From Eledone cirrhosa (Eukaryota): a stretch of DNA of 64,000 nt. Below the pieces are notes generated by a model. It did not search any database and was not told where the DNA came from. It saw only the letters and a list, made by a program, of their open reading frames with translations. Of the stretch, positions 29,701 through 42,600 are shown piece by piece. The position numbers and the translations under genes were made by a program. The stretch is from NCBI GenBank assembly GCA_964016885.1, contig OZ024744.1:77934001-77998000 (forward strand), written 5' to 3'. How positions within the stretch are numbered: the first letter of the stretch is position 1; the number at the start of each line of letters is the position of its first letter.

Positions 29701-32700
29701 AGTCTGTGGTGAGATATAGTCTTGGGTGAGATATAGTTTGTGGTGAGATATAGTCTGTGGTGAGATATAGTCTGGATTGGGATATAGTCTCTGGTGAGAT
29801 ATAGTCTGGATGGAGATATAGTCTGGGGTGAGATATAGTCTGTAGTGAGATATAGTATGTGGTGAGATATAGTCTGGAGTGAGATATAGTCTGGGGTGAG
29901 ATATAGTCTGGGGTGATATATAGTCTGTGGTGAGATATAATCTGTGGTGAGATATAGTCTGTCGTGAGATATAGTCTATGGTGTGATATAGTCTGTGGCA
30001 ATATATAATCTGGGGTGCTATATAGTCTGGTCTGAGATATAGTCTGTATTTAGATATAGTCTATGGTGGGATATAGTCTGTGGTAAGATATAGTCTGTAG
30101 TGAGATATAGTCTGTGGTGAGATATAGTCTGTAGTGAGATATAGTCTGAGGTGAGATATACTCTGGGGTGATATATAGTCTGGGGTGAGATATAGTCTGT
30201 AGTGAGATATAGTCTGTGGTGAGATATAGTGTGGGGTGAGTTATAGTCTGTGGTGAGATATAGTCTGTAGTCAGATATAGTCTGGGGTGAGATATAGTCT
30301 GGGGTGAGATATAGTCTGTAGTGAGACATAGTCTGTGGTGAGATATAGTCTGGGGTGAGATATAGTATGTGGTGAGATATAGTCTGTGGTGAGATATAGT
30401 CTGTGGTGAGATATAGTCTGTGGTGATATATAGTCTGGGGTGCGATATAGTCTGTGGTGTGATATAGTCTGTAGTGAGATATAGTCTGTGGTGAGGTATA
30501 GTCTGTGGTAAGATATAGTCTGGGGTGAGATATAGTCTGTGCTGAGATATAGTCTGTAGTGAGATATAGTCTGGGGTGCGATATAGTCTGGGGTGAGCTA
30601 TAGTCTGTGGCGAGATATAGTCTGTGGTGAGATATAGTCTGTGGTGATATATAGTCTGGGGTGCGATATAGTCTGTGGTGAGATATAGTCTGTGGTGAGA
30701 TATAGTCTGTAGTGAGATATAGTCTGGGGTGAGATATATTCTGTACTGAGATATAGTCTGTGGTGAGATATAGTCTGTGGTGAGATATAGTGTGGGGTGA
30801 GTTATAGTCTGTGGTGAGATATAGTCTGTAGTCAGATATAGTCTGGGGTGAGATATAGTCTGGGGTGAGATATAGTCTGTAGTGAGACATAGTCTGTGGT
30901 GAGATATAGTCTGCGGTGAGATATAGTATGTGGTGAGATATAGTCTGTGGTGAGATGTAGTCTGTGGTGAGATATAGTCTGTAGTGAGATATAGTCTATG
31001 GTGTGATATAGTATATGGTAAGATATAGTCTGCGCTGAGATGTAGTCTGTAGTGAGATATAGTCTGGGGTGAGATATAGTCTGGGGTGAGATATAGTCTG
31101 TGATGAGATATAGTCTGGTATGAGATATAGTCTGGAGTGAGATATACTCTGTAGTGAGATATAGTCCGGGGAGAGATATAGTCTGGTGTGAGCTATAGTC
31201 TGTGGTGAGATATAGTCTGTGGTGAGATATAATCTGTAGTCAGATATAGTCTGGGGTGAGATATAGTCTGTGGTGAGGTATAGTCTGTGGTAAGATATAG
31301 TCTGGGGTGAGATATAGTCTGTGCTGAGATATAGTCTGTAGTGAGATATAGTCTGTGGTGAGATATATTCTGTACTGAGATATAGTCTGGGGTGAGATAT
31401 AGTATGTGGTGAGATATAGTCTGTGGTGAGATATAGTCTGTGGTGAGATATAGTCTGTGGTGAGATATAGTCTGTAGTGTGATATAGTCTATGGTGTGAT
31501 ATAGTATATGGTAAGATATATTCTGCGCTGAGATATAGTCTGTAGTGAGATATAGTCTGGGGTGAGATATAGTCTGTGATGAGATATAGTCTGGAGTGAG
31601 ATATACTCTGTAGTGAGATATAGTCTGGGGTGAGCTATAGTCTGTGGTGAGATATAGTCTATGGTGTGATATAGTCTGTATTTAGATATAGTCTATGGTG
31701 GGATATAGTCTGGGGTGAGATATAGTTTCTGGTGAAATATAGTCTATGGTGAGATATAGTCTGTTGTGAGATATAGTCTATGGTGTGATATAGTACATGG
31801 TAAGATATAGTCTGCGCTGAGATATAGTCTGTAGTGAGATATAGTCTGTGGCGAGATATAGTCTGGGGTGCGATATAGTCTGGGGTGAGCTATAGTCTGT
31901 GGCGAGATATAGTCTGTGGTGAGATATAGTCTGTGGTGATATATAGTCTGGGGTGCGATATAGTCTGTGGTGAGATATAGTCTGTGGTGAGATATAGTCT
32001 GTAGTGAGATAGAGTCTGTGGTGAGATATATTCTGTACTGAGATATAGTCTGTGGTGAGATATAGTCTGGAGTGAGATATAGTCTGTAGTAAGATATAGT
32101 CTGGGCTGAGATATAGTCTGGGGTGAGATATAGTCTGGGGTGAGATATAGTCTGTAGTGAGACATAGTCTGTGGTGAGATATAGTCTGGGGTGAGATATA
32201 GTATGTGGTGAGATATAGTCTCTGGTGAGATATAGTCTGTGGTGAGATATAGTCTGTGGTGAGATATAGTCTGTAGTGTGATATAGTCTATGGTGTGATA
32301 TAGTATATGGTAAGATATAGTCTGCGCTGAGATATAGTCTGTAGTGAGATATAGTCTGGGGTGAGATATAGTCTGGGGTGAGATATAGTCTGTGATGAGA
32401 TATAGTCTGGTGTGAGATATAGTCTGGAGTGAGATATACTCTGTAGTGAGATATAGTCTGGGGTGAGATATAGTCTGTGGTGAGATATAGTCTATGGTGT
32501 GATATAGTCTGTATTTAGATATAGTCTATGGTGGGATATAGTCTGGGGTGAGATATAGTTTCTGGTGAAATATAGTCTATGGTGAGATATAGTCTGTTGT
32601 GAGATATAGTCTATGGTGTGATATAGTACATGGTAAGATATAGTCTGCGCTGAGATATAGTCTGTCGTGAGATATAGTCTATGGTGTGATATAGTCTGTG

Positions 32701-34154
32701 GCAATATATAATCTGGGGTGCGATATAGTCTGGTCTGAGATATAGTCTGTATTTAGATATAGTCTATGGTGGGATATAGTCTGTGGTAAGATATAGTCTG
32801 TAGTGAGATATAGTCTGTGGTGAGATATAATCTGTAGTGAGATATAGTCTGAGGTGAGATATAGTCTGGGGTGATATATAGTCTGGGGTGAGATATAGTC
32901 TGTAGTGAGATATAGTCTGTGGTGAGATATAGTGTGGGGTGAGTTATAGTCTGTGGTGAGATATAGTCTGTAGTCAGATATAGTCTGGGGTGAGATATAG
33001 TCTGGGGTGAGATATAGTCTGTAGTGAGACATAGTCTGTGGTGAGATATAGTCTGGGGTGAGATATAGTATGTGGTGAGATATAGTCTGTGGTGAGATAT
33101 AGTCTGTGGTGAGATATAGTCTGTAGTGAGATATAGTCTATGGTGTGATATAGTATATGGTAAGATATAGTCTGCGCTGAGATGTAGTCTGTAGTGAGAT
33201 ATAGTCTGGGGTGAGATATAGTCTGTGGTGAGATATAGTCTGTGATGAGATATAGTCTGGTGTGAGATATAGTCTGGAGTGAGATATACTCTGTAGTGAG
33301 ATATAGTCTGGGGAGAGATATAGTCTGGGGTGAGCTATAGTCTGTGGTGAGATATAGTCTGTGGTGAGATATAATCTGTAGTCAGATATAGTCTGAGGTG
33401 AGATATAGTCTGGGGGGGAGATATAGTCTGTGGTGAGATATAGTCTGTGGTGAGATATAGTCTGTAGTGACATACAGTTTGGGGTGAGATATAGTCTGGG
33501 GTGAGATATAGTCTGTGGTGAGGTATAGTCTGTAGTGAGATATAGTCTGTGGTGAGATATAGTCTGGGGTGAGTTATAGTCTGTGGTGAGATATAGTCTG
33601 TAGTGAGATATAGTCTGGGGTGAGATATAATCTGGGGTGAGATATAGTCTGGATTGAGATATAGTCTATGGTGAGATATAGTCTGGGGGGGAGATATAGT
33701 CTGTGGTGAGATATAGTCTGTGGTGAGATATAGTCTGTAGTGACATACAGTTTGGGGTGAGATATAGTCTGGGGTGAGATATAGTCTGTGGTGAGGTATA
33801 GTCTGTAGTGAGATATAGTCTTTGGTGAGATATAGTCTGGGGTGAGTTATAGTCTGTGGTGAGATATAGTCTGTAGTGAGATATAGTCTGGGGTGAGATA
33901 TAATCAGAGGTGAGATATAGTCTGTAGTGAGATATAGTCTGTGGTGAGATATAGTCTGGGGTGAGATATAGTCTGTGGTGAGATATAGTCTGTGGTGAGA
34001 TATAGTCTCTAACGAGATATAGTCTGTGGTGAGATATAATCTGTGGTGAGATATAGTCTGTGGTGAGATATAGTCTGTTGTGAGATATAGTCTGTGGTGA
34101 GATATAGTCTGTTGTGAGATATAGTCTGTTGTGAGATATAGTCTGTGGTCAGAT

Positions 34155-34194
34155 GAGCACTTTACACAATAATTTCATTATTATTATTATTATT
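34155..34194 (+). repeat. 40-bp non-satellite insert GAGCACTTTACACAATAATTTC(ATT)6, copy 1 of 10
   Basis: Interrupts a unit between AGAT and ATAGTCT. Confidence 0.97.
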
Positions 34195-35466
34195 ATAGTC
34201 TGTGGTGAGATATAGTGTGGGATGATATATAGTCTGTGGTGAGATATAGTCTGGGGTGAGATATAGTTTGTGGTGAGATATAGTCTGTGGTGAGATATAG
34301 TCTGGATTGAGATATAGTCTATGGTGAGATATAATCTGGGGGGAGATATAGTCTGGGGTGAGATATAGTCTGTAGTGAGATATAGTATGTGGTGAGATAT
34401 AGTCTGGAGTGAGATATAGTCTGGGGTGAGATATAGTCTGGGGTGAGATATAGTCTGTGGTGAGATATAATCTGTGGTGAGATATAGTCTGTAGTGAGAT
34501 ATAGTCTATGGTGTGATATAGTCTGTGCCAATATATAATCTGGGGTGCGATATAGTCTGGTCAGAGGTATAGTCTGTATTTAGATATAGTCTATGGTGGG
34601 ATATAGTCTGTGGTAAGATATAGTCTGTAGTCAGATATAGTCTGTGGTGAGATATAGTCTGTAGTGAGATATAGTCTGTGGTGAGATATAGTCTGTAGTG
34701 AGATATAGTCTGTGGTGAGATATAGTCTGGGGTGATATATAGTCTGGGGTGAGATATAGTCTGTGGTGAGATATAGTCTGGGGTGAGATATAGTCTGTGG
34801 TGAGATATAGTCTGTGGTGAGATATAGTCTGGGGTAAGATATAGTCTGTGGTGAAATATAGTCTGTAGTGCGATATAGTCTGTGGTGAGATATAGTCTGG
34901 ATGAGATATAGTCTGTAGTGAGATATAGTCTGTGGTGTGATATAGTCTGTGGTGAGATATAGTCTATGGTGACATATAGTCTGAGGTGAGATATAGTCTG
35001 TGGTGAGATATAGTCTGTAGTGAGATATAGTCTGGGGTGAGATATAGTCTGTGGGAGGTATAGTCTATGGTGACATATAATCTGGGGTGAGATATAGTCT
35101 CTAACGAGATATAGTCTGTAGTGAGATATAGTCCGTGGTGAGATATAGTCTGGGGTGAGTTATAGTCTGTGGTGAGATATAGTCTGTAGTGAGATATAGT
35201 CTGGGGTGAGATATAGTCTGGGGTGAGATATAGTCTGTAGTGAGATATAGTCCGTGGTGAGATATAGTCTGGGGTGAGATATAGTCTGTGGTGAGATATA
35301 ATCTGTGGTGAGATATAGTCTGTGGTGAGATATAGTCTGTTGTGAGATATAGTCTGTGGTGAGATATAGTCTGTGGTGATATATAGTCTGGGATGAGATA
35401 TAGTCTGTGGGAGGTATAGTCTATGGTGAGATATAGTCTGTGGTGAGATATAGTCTGTAGTGAGAT

Positions 35467-35506
35467 GAGCACTTTACACAATAATTTCATTATTATTATT
35501 ATTATT
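35467..35506 (+). repeat. 40-bp insert, copy 2
   Basis: Same sequence as copy 1. Confidence 0.97.
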
Positions 35507-36543
35507 ATAGTCTGTGGTGAGATATAGTGTGGGATGATATATAGTCTGTGGTGAGATATAGTCTGGGGTGAGATATAGTCTGGATTGAGATATAGTCTAT
35601 GGTGAGATATAGTCTGGGGGGAGATATAGTCTGGGGTGAGATATAGTCTGTAGTGAGATATAGTATGTGGTGAGATATAGTCTGGAATGAGATATAGTCT
35701 GGGGTGAGATATAGTCTGGGGTGAGATATAGTCTGTGGTGAGATATAATCTGTGGTGAGATATAGTCTGTAGAGAGAAATAGTCTATGGTGTGATATAGT
35801 CTGTGGCAATATATAATCTGGGGTGCGATATAGTCTGGTCTGAGGTATAGTCTGTATTTAGATATAGTCTATGGTGGGATATAGTCTGTGCTAAGATATA
35901 GTCTGTAGTCAGATATAGTCTGTGGTGAGATATAGTCTGTAGTGAGATATAGTCTGAGGTGAGATATAGTCTGGGGTGATATATAGTCTGGGGTGAGATA
36001 TAGTCTGTGGTGAGATATAGTCTGTAGTCAGATATAGTCTGAGGTGAGATATAGTATGTGGTGAGATATAGTCTGTGGTGAGATATAGTCTGGAATGAGA
36101 TATAGTCTGTGGTGAGATATAGTCTGTGGTGAGATATAGTCTGTGGTGAGATATAGTCTGTGGTGAGATATAGTCTGTAGTGACATACAGTTTGGGGTGA
36201 GATATAGTCTGGGGTGAGATATAGTCTGTGGTGAGGTATAGTCTGTAGTGAGATATAGTCTGTGGTGAGATATAGTCTGGGGTGAGTTATAGTCTGTGGT
36301 GAGATATAGTCTGTAGTGAGATATAGTCTGGGGTGAGATATAATCAGAGGTGAGATATAGTCTGTAGTGAGATATAGTCTGTGGTGAGATATAGTCTGGG
36401 GTGAGATATAGTCTGTGGTCAGATATAGTCTGTGGTGAGATATAGTCTCTAACGAGATATAGTCTGTGGTGAGATATAATCTGTGGTGAGATATAGTCTG
36501 TGGTGAGATATAGTCTGTTGTGAGACATAGTCTGTGGTGAGAT

Positions 36544-36583
36544 GAGCACTTTACACAATAATTTCATTATTATTATTATTATT
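36544..36583 (+). repeat. 40-bp insert, copy 3
   Basis: Same sequence as copy 1. Confidence 0.97.
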
Positions 36584-38099
36584 ATAGTCTGTGGTGAGAT
36601 ATAGTGTGGGATGATATATAGTCTGTGGTGAGATATAGTCTGGAGTGAGATATAGTTTGTGGTGAGATATAGTCTGTGGTGAGATATAGTCTGGATTGAG
36701 ATATAGTCTATGGTGAGATATAGTCTGGGGGGAGATATAGTCTGGGGTGAGATATAGTCTGTAGTGAGATATAGTATGTGGTGAGATATAGTCTGGAGTG
36801 AGATATAGTCTGGGGTGAGATATAGTCTGGGGTGAGATATAGTCTGTGGTGAGATATAATCTGTGGTGAGATATAGTCTGTAGTGAGATATAGTCTATGG
36901 TGTGATATAGTCTGTGGCAATATATAATCTGGGGTGCGATATAGTCTGGTCAGAGGTATAGTCTGTATTTAGATATAGTCTATGGTGCGATATAGTCTGT
37001 GGTAAGATATAGTCTGTAGTCAGATATAGTCTGTGGTGAGATATAGTCTGTAGTGAGATATAGTCTGTGGTGAGATATAGTCTGTAGTGAGATATAGTCT
37101 GTGGTGAGATATAGTCTGGGGTGATATATAGTCTGGGGTGAGATATAGTCTGTGGTGAGATATAGTCTGGGGTGAGATATAGTCTGTGGTGAGATATAGT
37201 CTGTAGTGAGATATAGTCTGAGGTGAGATATAGTCTGGGGTGATATATAGTCTGGGGTGAGATATAGTCTGGGGTGAGATATAGTGTGGGGTGATATATA
37301 GTCTGTGGTGAGATATAGTCTGGGGGGGAGATATAGTCTGTGGTGAGATATAGTCTGGGGGGGAGATATAGTCTGTGGTGAGATATAGTCTGTGGTGAGA
37401 TATAGTCTGTAGTGACATACAGTTTGGGGTGAGATATAGTCTGGGGTGAGATATAGTCTGTCGTGAGGTATAGTCTGTAGTGAGATATAGTCTGTGGTGA
37501 GATATAGTCTGTGGTGAGTTATAGTCTGTGGTGAGATATAGTCTGTAGTGAGATATAGTCTGGGGTGAGATATAATCTGGGGTGAGATATAGTCTGTAGT
37601 AAGATATAATCTGTGGTGAGATATAGTCTGGGGTGAGATATAGTCTGGATTGAGATATAGTCTATGGTGAGATATAGTCTGGGGGGGAGATATAGTCTGT
37701 GGTGAGATATAGTCTGTGGTGAGATATAGTCTGTAGTGACATACAGTTTGGGGTGAGATATAGTCTGGGGTGAGATATAGTCTGTGGTGAGGTATAGTCT
37801 GTAGTGAGATATAGTCTGTGGTGAGATATAGTCTGGGGTGAGTTATAGTCTGTGGTGAGATATAGTCTGTAGTGAGATATAGTCTGGGGTGAGATATAAT
37901 CAGAGGTGAGATATAGTCTGTAGTGAGATATAGTCTGTGGTGAGATATAGTCTGGGGTGAGATATAGTCTGTGGTGAGATATAGTCTGTGGTGAGATATA
38001 GTCTCTAACGAGATATAGTCTGTGGTGAGATATAATCTGTGGTGAGATATAGTCTGTGGTGAGATATAGTCTGTTGTGAGATATAGTCTGTGGTGAGAT

Positions 38100-38139
38100 G
38101 AGCACTTTACACAATAATTTCATTATTATTATTATTATT
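38100..38139 (+). repeat. 40-bp insert, copy 4
   Basis: Same sequence as copy 1. Confidence 0.97.
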
Positions 38140-39651
38140 ATAGTCTGTGGTGAGATATAGTGTGGGATGATATATAGTCTGTGGTGAGATATAGTCTGGG
38201 GTGAGATATAGTTTGTGGTGAGATATAGTCTGTGGTGAGATATAGTCTGGATTGAGATATAGTCTATGGTGAGATATAGTCTGGGGGGAGATATAGTCTG
38301 GGGTGAGATATAGTCTGTAGTGAGATATAGTATGTGGTGAGATATAGTCTGGAGTGAGATATAGTCTGGGGTGAGATATAGTCTGGGGTGAGATATAGTC
38401 TGTGGTGAGATATAATCTGTGGTGAGATATAGTCTGTAGTGAGATATAGTCTATGGTGTGATATAGTCTGTGGCAATATATAATCTGGAGTGCGATATAG
38501 TCTGGTCGGAGGTATAGTCTGTATTTAGATATAGTCTATGGTGGGATATAGTCTGTGGTAAGATATAGTCTGTAGTCAGATATAGTCTGTGGTGAGATAT
38601 AGTCTGTAGTGAGTTATAGTCTGTGGTGAGATATAGTCTGTATTGAGATATAGTCTGTGGTGAGATATAGTCTGGGGTGATATATAGTCTGGGGTGAGAT
38701 ATAGTCTGTGGTGAGATATAGTCTGGGGTGAGATATAGTCTGTGGTGAGATATAGTCTGTGGTGAGATATAGTCTGGGGTAAGATATAGTCTGTGGTGAA
38801 ATATAGTCTGTAGTGCGATATAGTCTGTGGTGAGATATAGTCTGGGATGAGATATAGTCTGTAGTGAGATATAGTCTGTGGTGTGATATAGTCTGGGATG
38901 AGATATTGTCTGTAGTGAGATATAGGCTGTGGTGAGATATAGTCTATGGTGTGATATAGTCTGTGGTGAGATATAGTCTATGGTGACATATAGTCTGAGG
39001 TGAGATATAGTCTGTGGTGAGATATAGTCTGTAGTGAGATATAGTCTGGGGTGAGATATAGTCTGGGGTGAGATATAGTCTGTGGTGAGGTATAGTCTGT
39101 AGTGAGATATAGTCTGTGGTGAGATATAGTCTGGGGTGAGTTATAGTCTGTGGTGAGATATAGTCTGTAGTGAGATATAGTCTGGGGTGAGATATAGTCT
39201 GGGGTGAGATATAGTCTGTAGTGAGATATAGTCCGTGGTGAGATATAGTCTGGGGTGAGATATAGTCTGTGGTGAGATATAGTCTGTGGTGAGATATAGT
39301 CTCTAACGAGATATAGTCTGTAGTGAGATATAGTCCGTGGTGAGATATAGTCTGGGGTGAGATATAGTCTGTAGTGAGATATAGTCTGGGGTGAGATATA
39401 GTCTGGGGTGAGATATAGTCTGTAGTGAGATATAGTCCGTGGTGAGATATAGTCTGTGGTGAGGTATAGTCTGTGGTGAGATATAATCTGTGGTGAGATA
39501 TAGTCTGTGGTGAGATATAGTCTGTTGTGAGATATAGTCTGTGGTGAGATATAGTCTGTGGTGATATATAGTCTGGGATGAGATATAGTCTGTGGGAGTT
39601 ATAGTCTATGGTGAGATATAGTCTGTGGTGAGATATAGTCTGTAGTGAGAT

Positions 39652-39691
39652 GAGCACTTTACACAATAATTTCATTATTATTATTATTATT
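39652..39691 (+). repeat. 40-bp insert, copy 5
   Basis: Same sequence as copy 1. Confidence 0.97.
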
Positions 39692-42600
39692 ATAGTCTGT
39701 GGTGAGATATAGTGTGGGATGATATATAGTCTGTGGTGAGATATAGTCTGGGGTGAGATATAGTCTGGATTGAGATATAGTCTATGGTGAGATATAGTCT
39801 GTGGGGAGATATAGTCTGGGGTGAGATATAGTCTGTAGTGAGATATAGTATGTGGTGAGATATAGTCTGGAATGAGATATAGTCTGGGGTGAGATATAGT
39901 CTGGGGTGAGATATAGTCTGTGGTGAGATATAATCTGTGGTGAGATATAGTCTGTAGAGAGAAATAGTCTATGGTGTGATATAGTCTGTGGCAATATATA
40001 ATCTGGGGTGCGATATAGTCTGGTCTGAGGTGTAGTCTGTATTTAGATATAGTCTATGGTGGGATATAGTCTGTGGTAAGATATAGTCTGTAGTCAGATA
40101 TAGTCTGTGGTGAGATATAGTCTGTAGTGAGATATAGTCTGAGGTGAGATATAGTCTGGGGTGATATATAGTCTGGGGTGAGATATAGTCTGTGGTGAGA
40201 TATAGTCTGTAGTCAGATATAGTCTGAGGTGAGATATAGTATGTGGTGAGATATAGTCTGTGGTGAGATATAGTCTGGAATGAGATATAGTCTGTGGTGA
40301 GATATAGTCTGTGGTGAGATATAGTCTGTGGTGAGATATAGTCTGTGGTGAGATATAGTCTGTAGTGAGATATAGTCTATGGTGTGATATAGTATATGGT
40401 AAGATATAGTCTGCGCTGAGATATAGTCTGTAGTGAGATATAGTCTGGGGTGAGATATAGTCTGTGGTGAGATATAGTCTGTGGTGAGATATAGTCTGTG
40501 GTGATATATAGTTTGGGGTGAGATATAGTTTGTGGTGAAATATAGTCTATGGAGAGATATAGTCTGTAGTGAGATATAGTCTATGGTGTGATATAGTATA
40601 TGGTAAGATATAGTCTGCGCTGTGATATATTCTGTAGTGAGATATAGTCTGGGGTGAGATAAAGTCTGTGGTGAGATATAGTCTGTAGTGAGATATAGTC
40701 TGTGGTGTGATATAGTCTGTAGTGAGATATAGTCTGTGGTGAGGTATAGTCTGTGGTAAGATATAGTCTGGGGTGAGATATAGTCTGGGGTGAGATATAG
40801 TCTGTGGGGAGATATAGTCTGTGGTGAGATATATTCTGTACTGAGATATAGTCTGTGGTGAGATATATTCTGTACTGAGATATAGTCTGTGGTGAGATAT
40901 AGTCTGTGGCGAGATTTAGTCTGGGGTGCGATATAGTCTGGGGTGAGCTATAGTCTGTGGCGAGATATAGTCTGTGGTGAGATATAGTCTGTGGTGATAT
41001 ATAGTCTGTGGTGAGATATAGTCTGTAGTGAGATATAGTCTGTGGTGAGATATATTCTGTACTGAGATATAGTCTGTGGTGAGATATAGTCTGGAGTGAG
41101 ATATAGTCTGTAGTAAGATATAGTCTGGGGTGAGATATAGTCTGGGGTGAGATATAGTCTGTAGTGAGACATAGTCTGTGGTGAGATATAGTCTAGGGTG
41201 AGATATAGTATGTGGTGAGATATAGTCTGTGGTGAGATATAGTCTGTAATGAGATATAGTCTGTGGTGAGATATAGTCTGTGGTGAGATTTAGTCTGTGG
41301 TGAGATATAGTCTGTGGTGAGATATAGTCTGGGGTGAGATATAGTCTGGGGTGAGATATAGTCTGTGATGAGATATAGTCTGGTGTGAGATATAGTCTGG
41401 AGTGAGATATACTCTGTAGTGAGATATAGTCTGGGGTGAGCTATAGTCTGTGGTGAGATATAATCTATGGTGGGATATAGTCTGGATTGAGATATAGTCT
41501 ATGGTGAGATATAGTCTGGATGGAGATATAGTCTGGGGTGAGATATAGTCTGTAGTGAGATATAGTATGTGGTGAGATATAGTCTGCAGTGAGATATAGT
41601 CTGGGGTGAGATATAGTCTGGGGTGAGATATAGTCTGTGGTGAGATATAATCTGTGGTGAGATATAGTCTGTCGTGAGATATAGTCTATGGTGTGATATA
41701 GTCTGTGGCAATATATAATCTGGGGTGCGATATAGTCTGGTCTGCGATATAGTCTGTATTTAGATATAGTCTATGGTGGGATATAGTCTGTGGTAAGATA
41801 TAGTCTGTAGTGATATATAGTCTGTGGTGAGATATAGTCTGTAGTGAGATATAGTCTGAGGTGAGATATAGTCTGGGGTGATATATAGTCTGGGGTGAGA
41901 TATAGTCTGTAGTGAGATATAGTCTGTGGTGAGATATAGTGTGGGGTGAGTTATAGTCTGTGGTGAGATATAGTCTGTAGTCAGATATAGTCTGGGGTGA
42001 GATATAGTCTGGGGTGAGATATAGTCTGTAATGAGACATAGTCTGTGGTGAGATATAGTCTGGGGTGAGATATAGTATGTGGTGAGATATTGTCTGTGGT
42101 GAGATATAGTCTGTGGTGAGATATAGTCTGTAGTGAGATATAGTCTATGGTGTGATATAGTATATGGTAAGATATAGTCTGCGCTGAGATGTAGTCTGTA
42201 GTGAGATATAGTCTGGGGTGAGATATAGTCTGGGGTGAGATATAGTCTGTGATGAGATATAGTCTGGTATGAGATATAGTCTGGAGTGAGATATACTCTG
42301 TAGTGAGATATAGTCCGGGGAGAGATATAGTCTGGGGTGAGCTATAGTCTGTGGTGAGATATAGTCTGTGGTGAGATATAATCTGTAGTCAGATATAGTC
42401 TGGGGTGAGATATAGTCTGTGGTGAGGTATAGTCTGTAGTAAGATATAGTCTGAGGTGAGATATAGTCTGTGCTGAGATATAGTCTGTAGTGAGATATAG
42501 TCTGTGGTGAGATATATTCTGTACTGAGATATAGTCTGGGGTGAGATATAGTATGTGGTGAGATATAGTCTGTGGTGAGATATAGTCTGTGGTGAGATAT

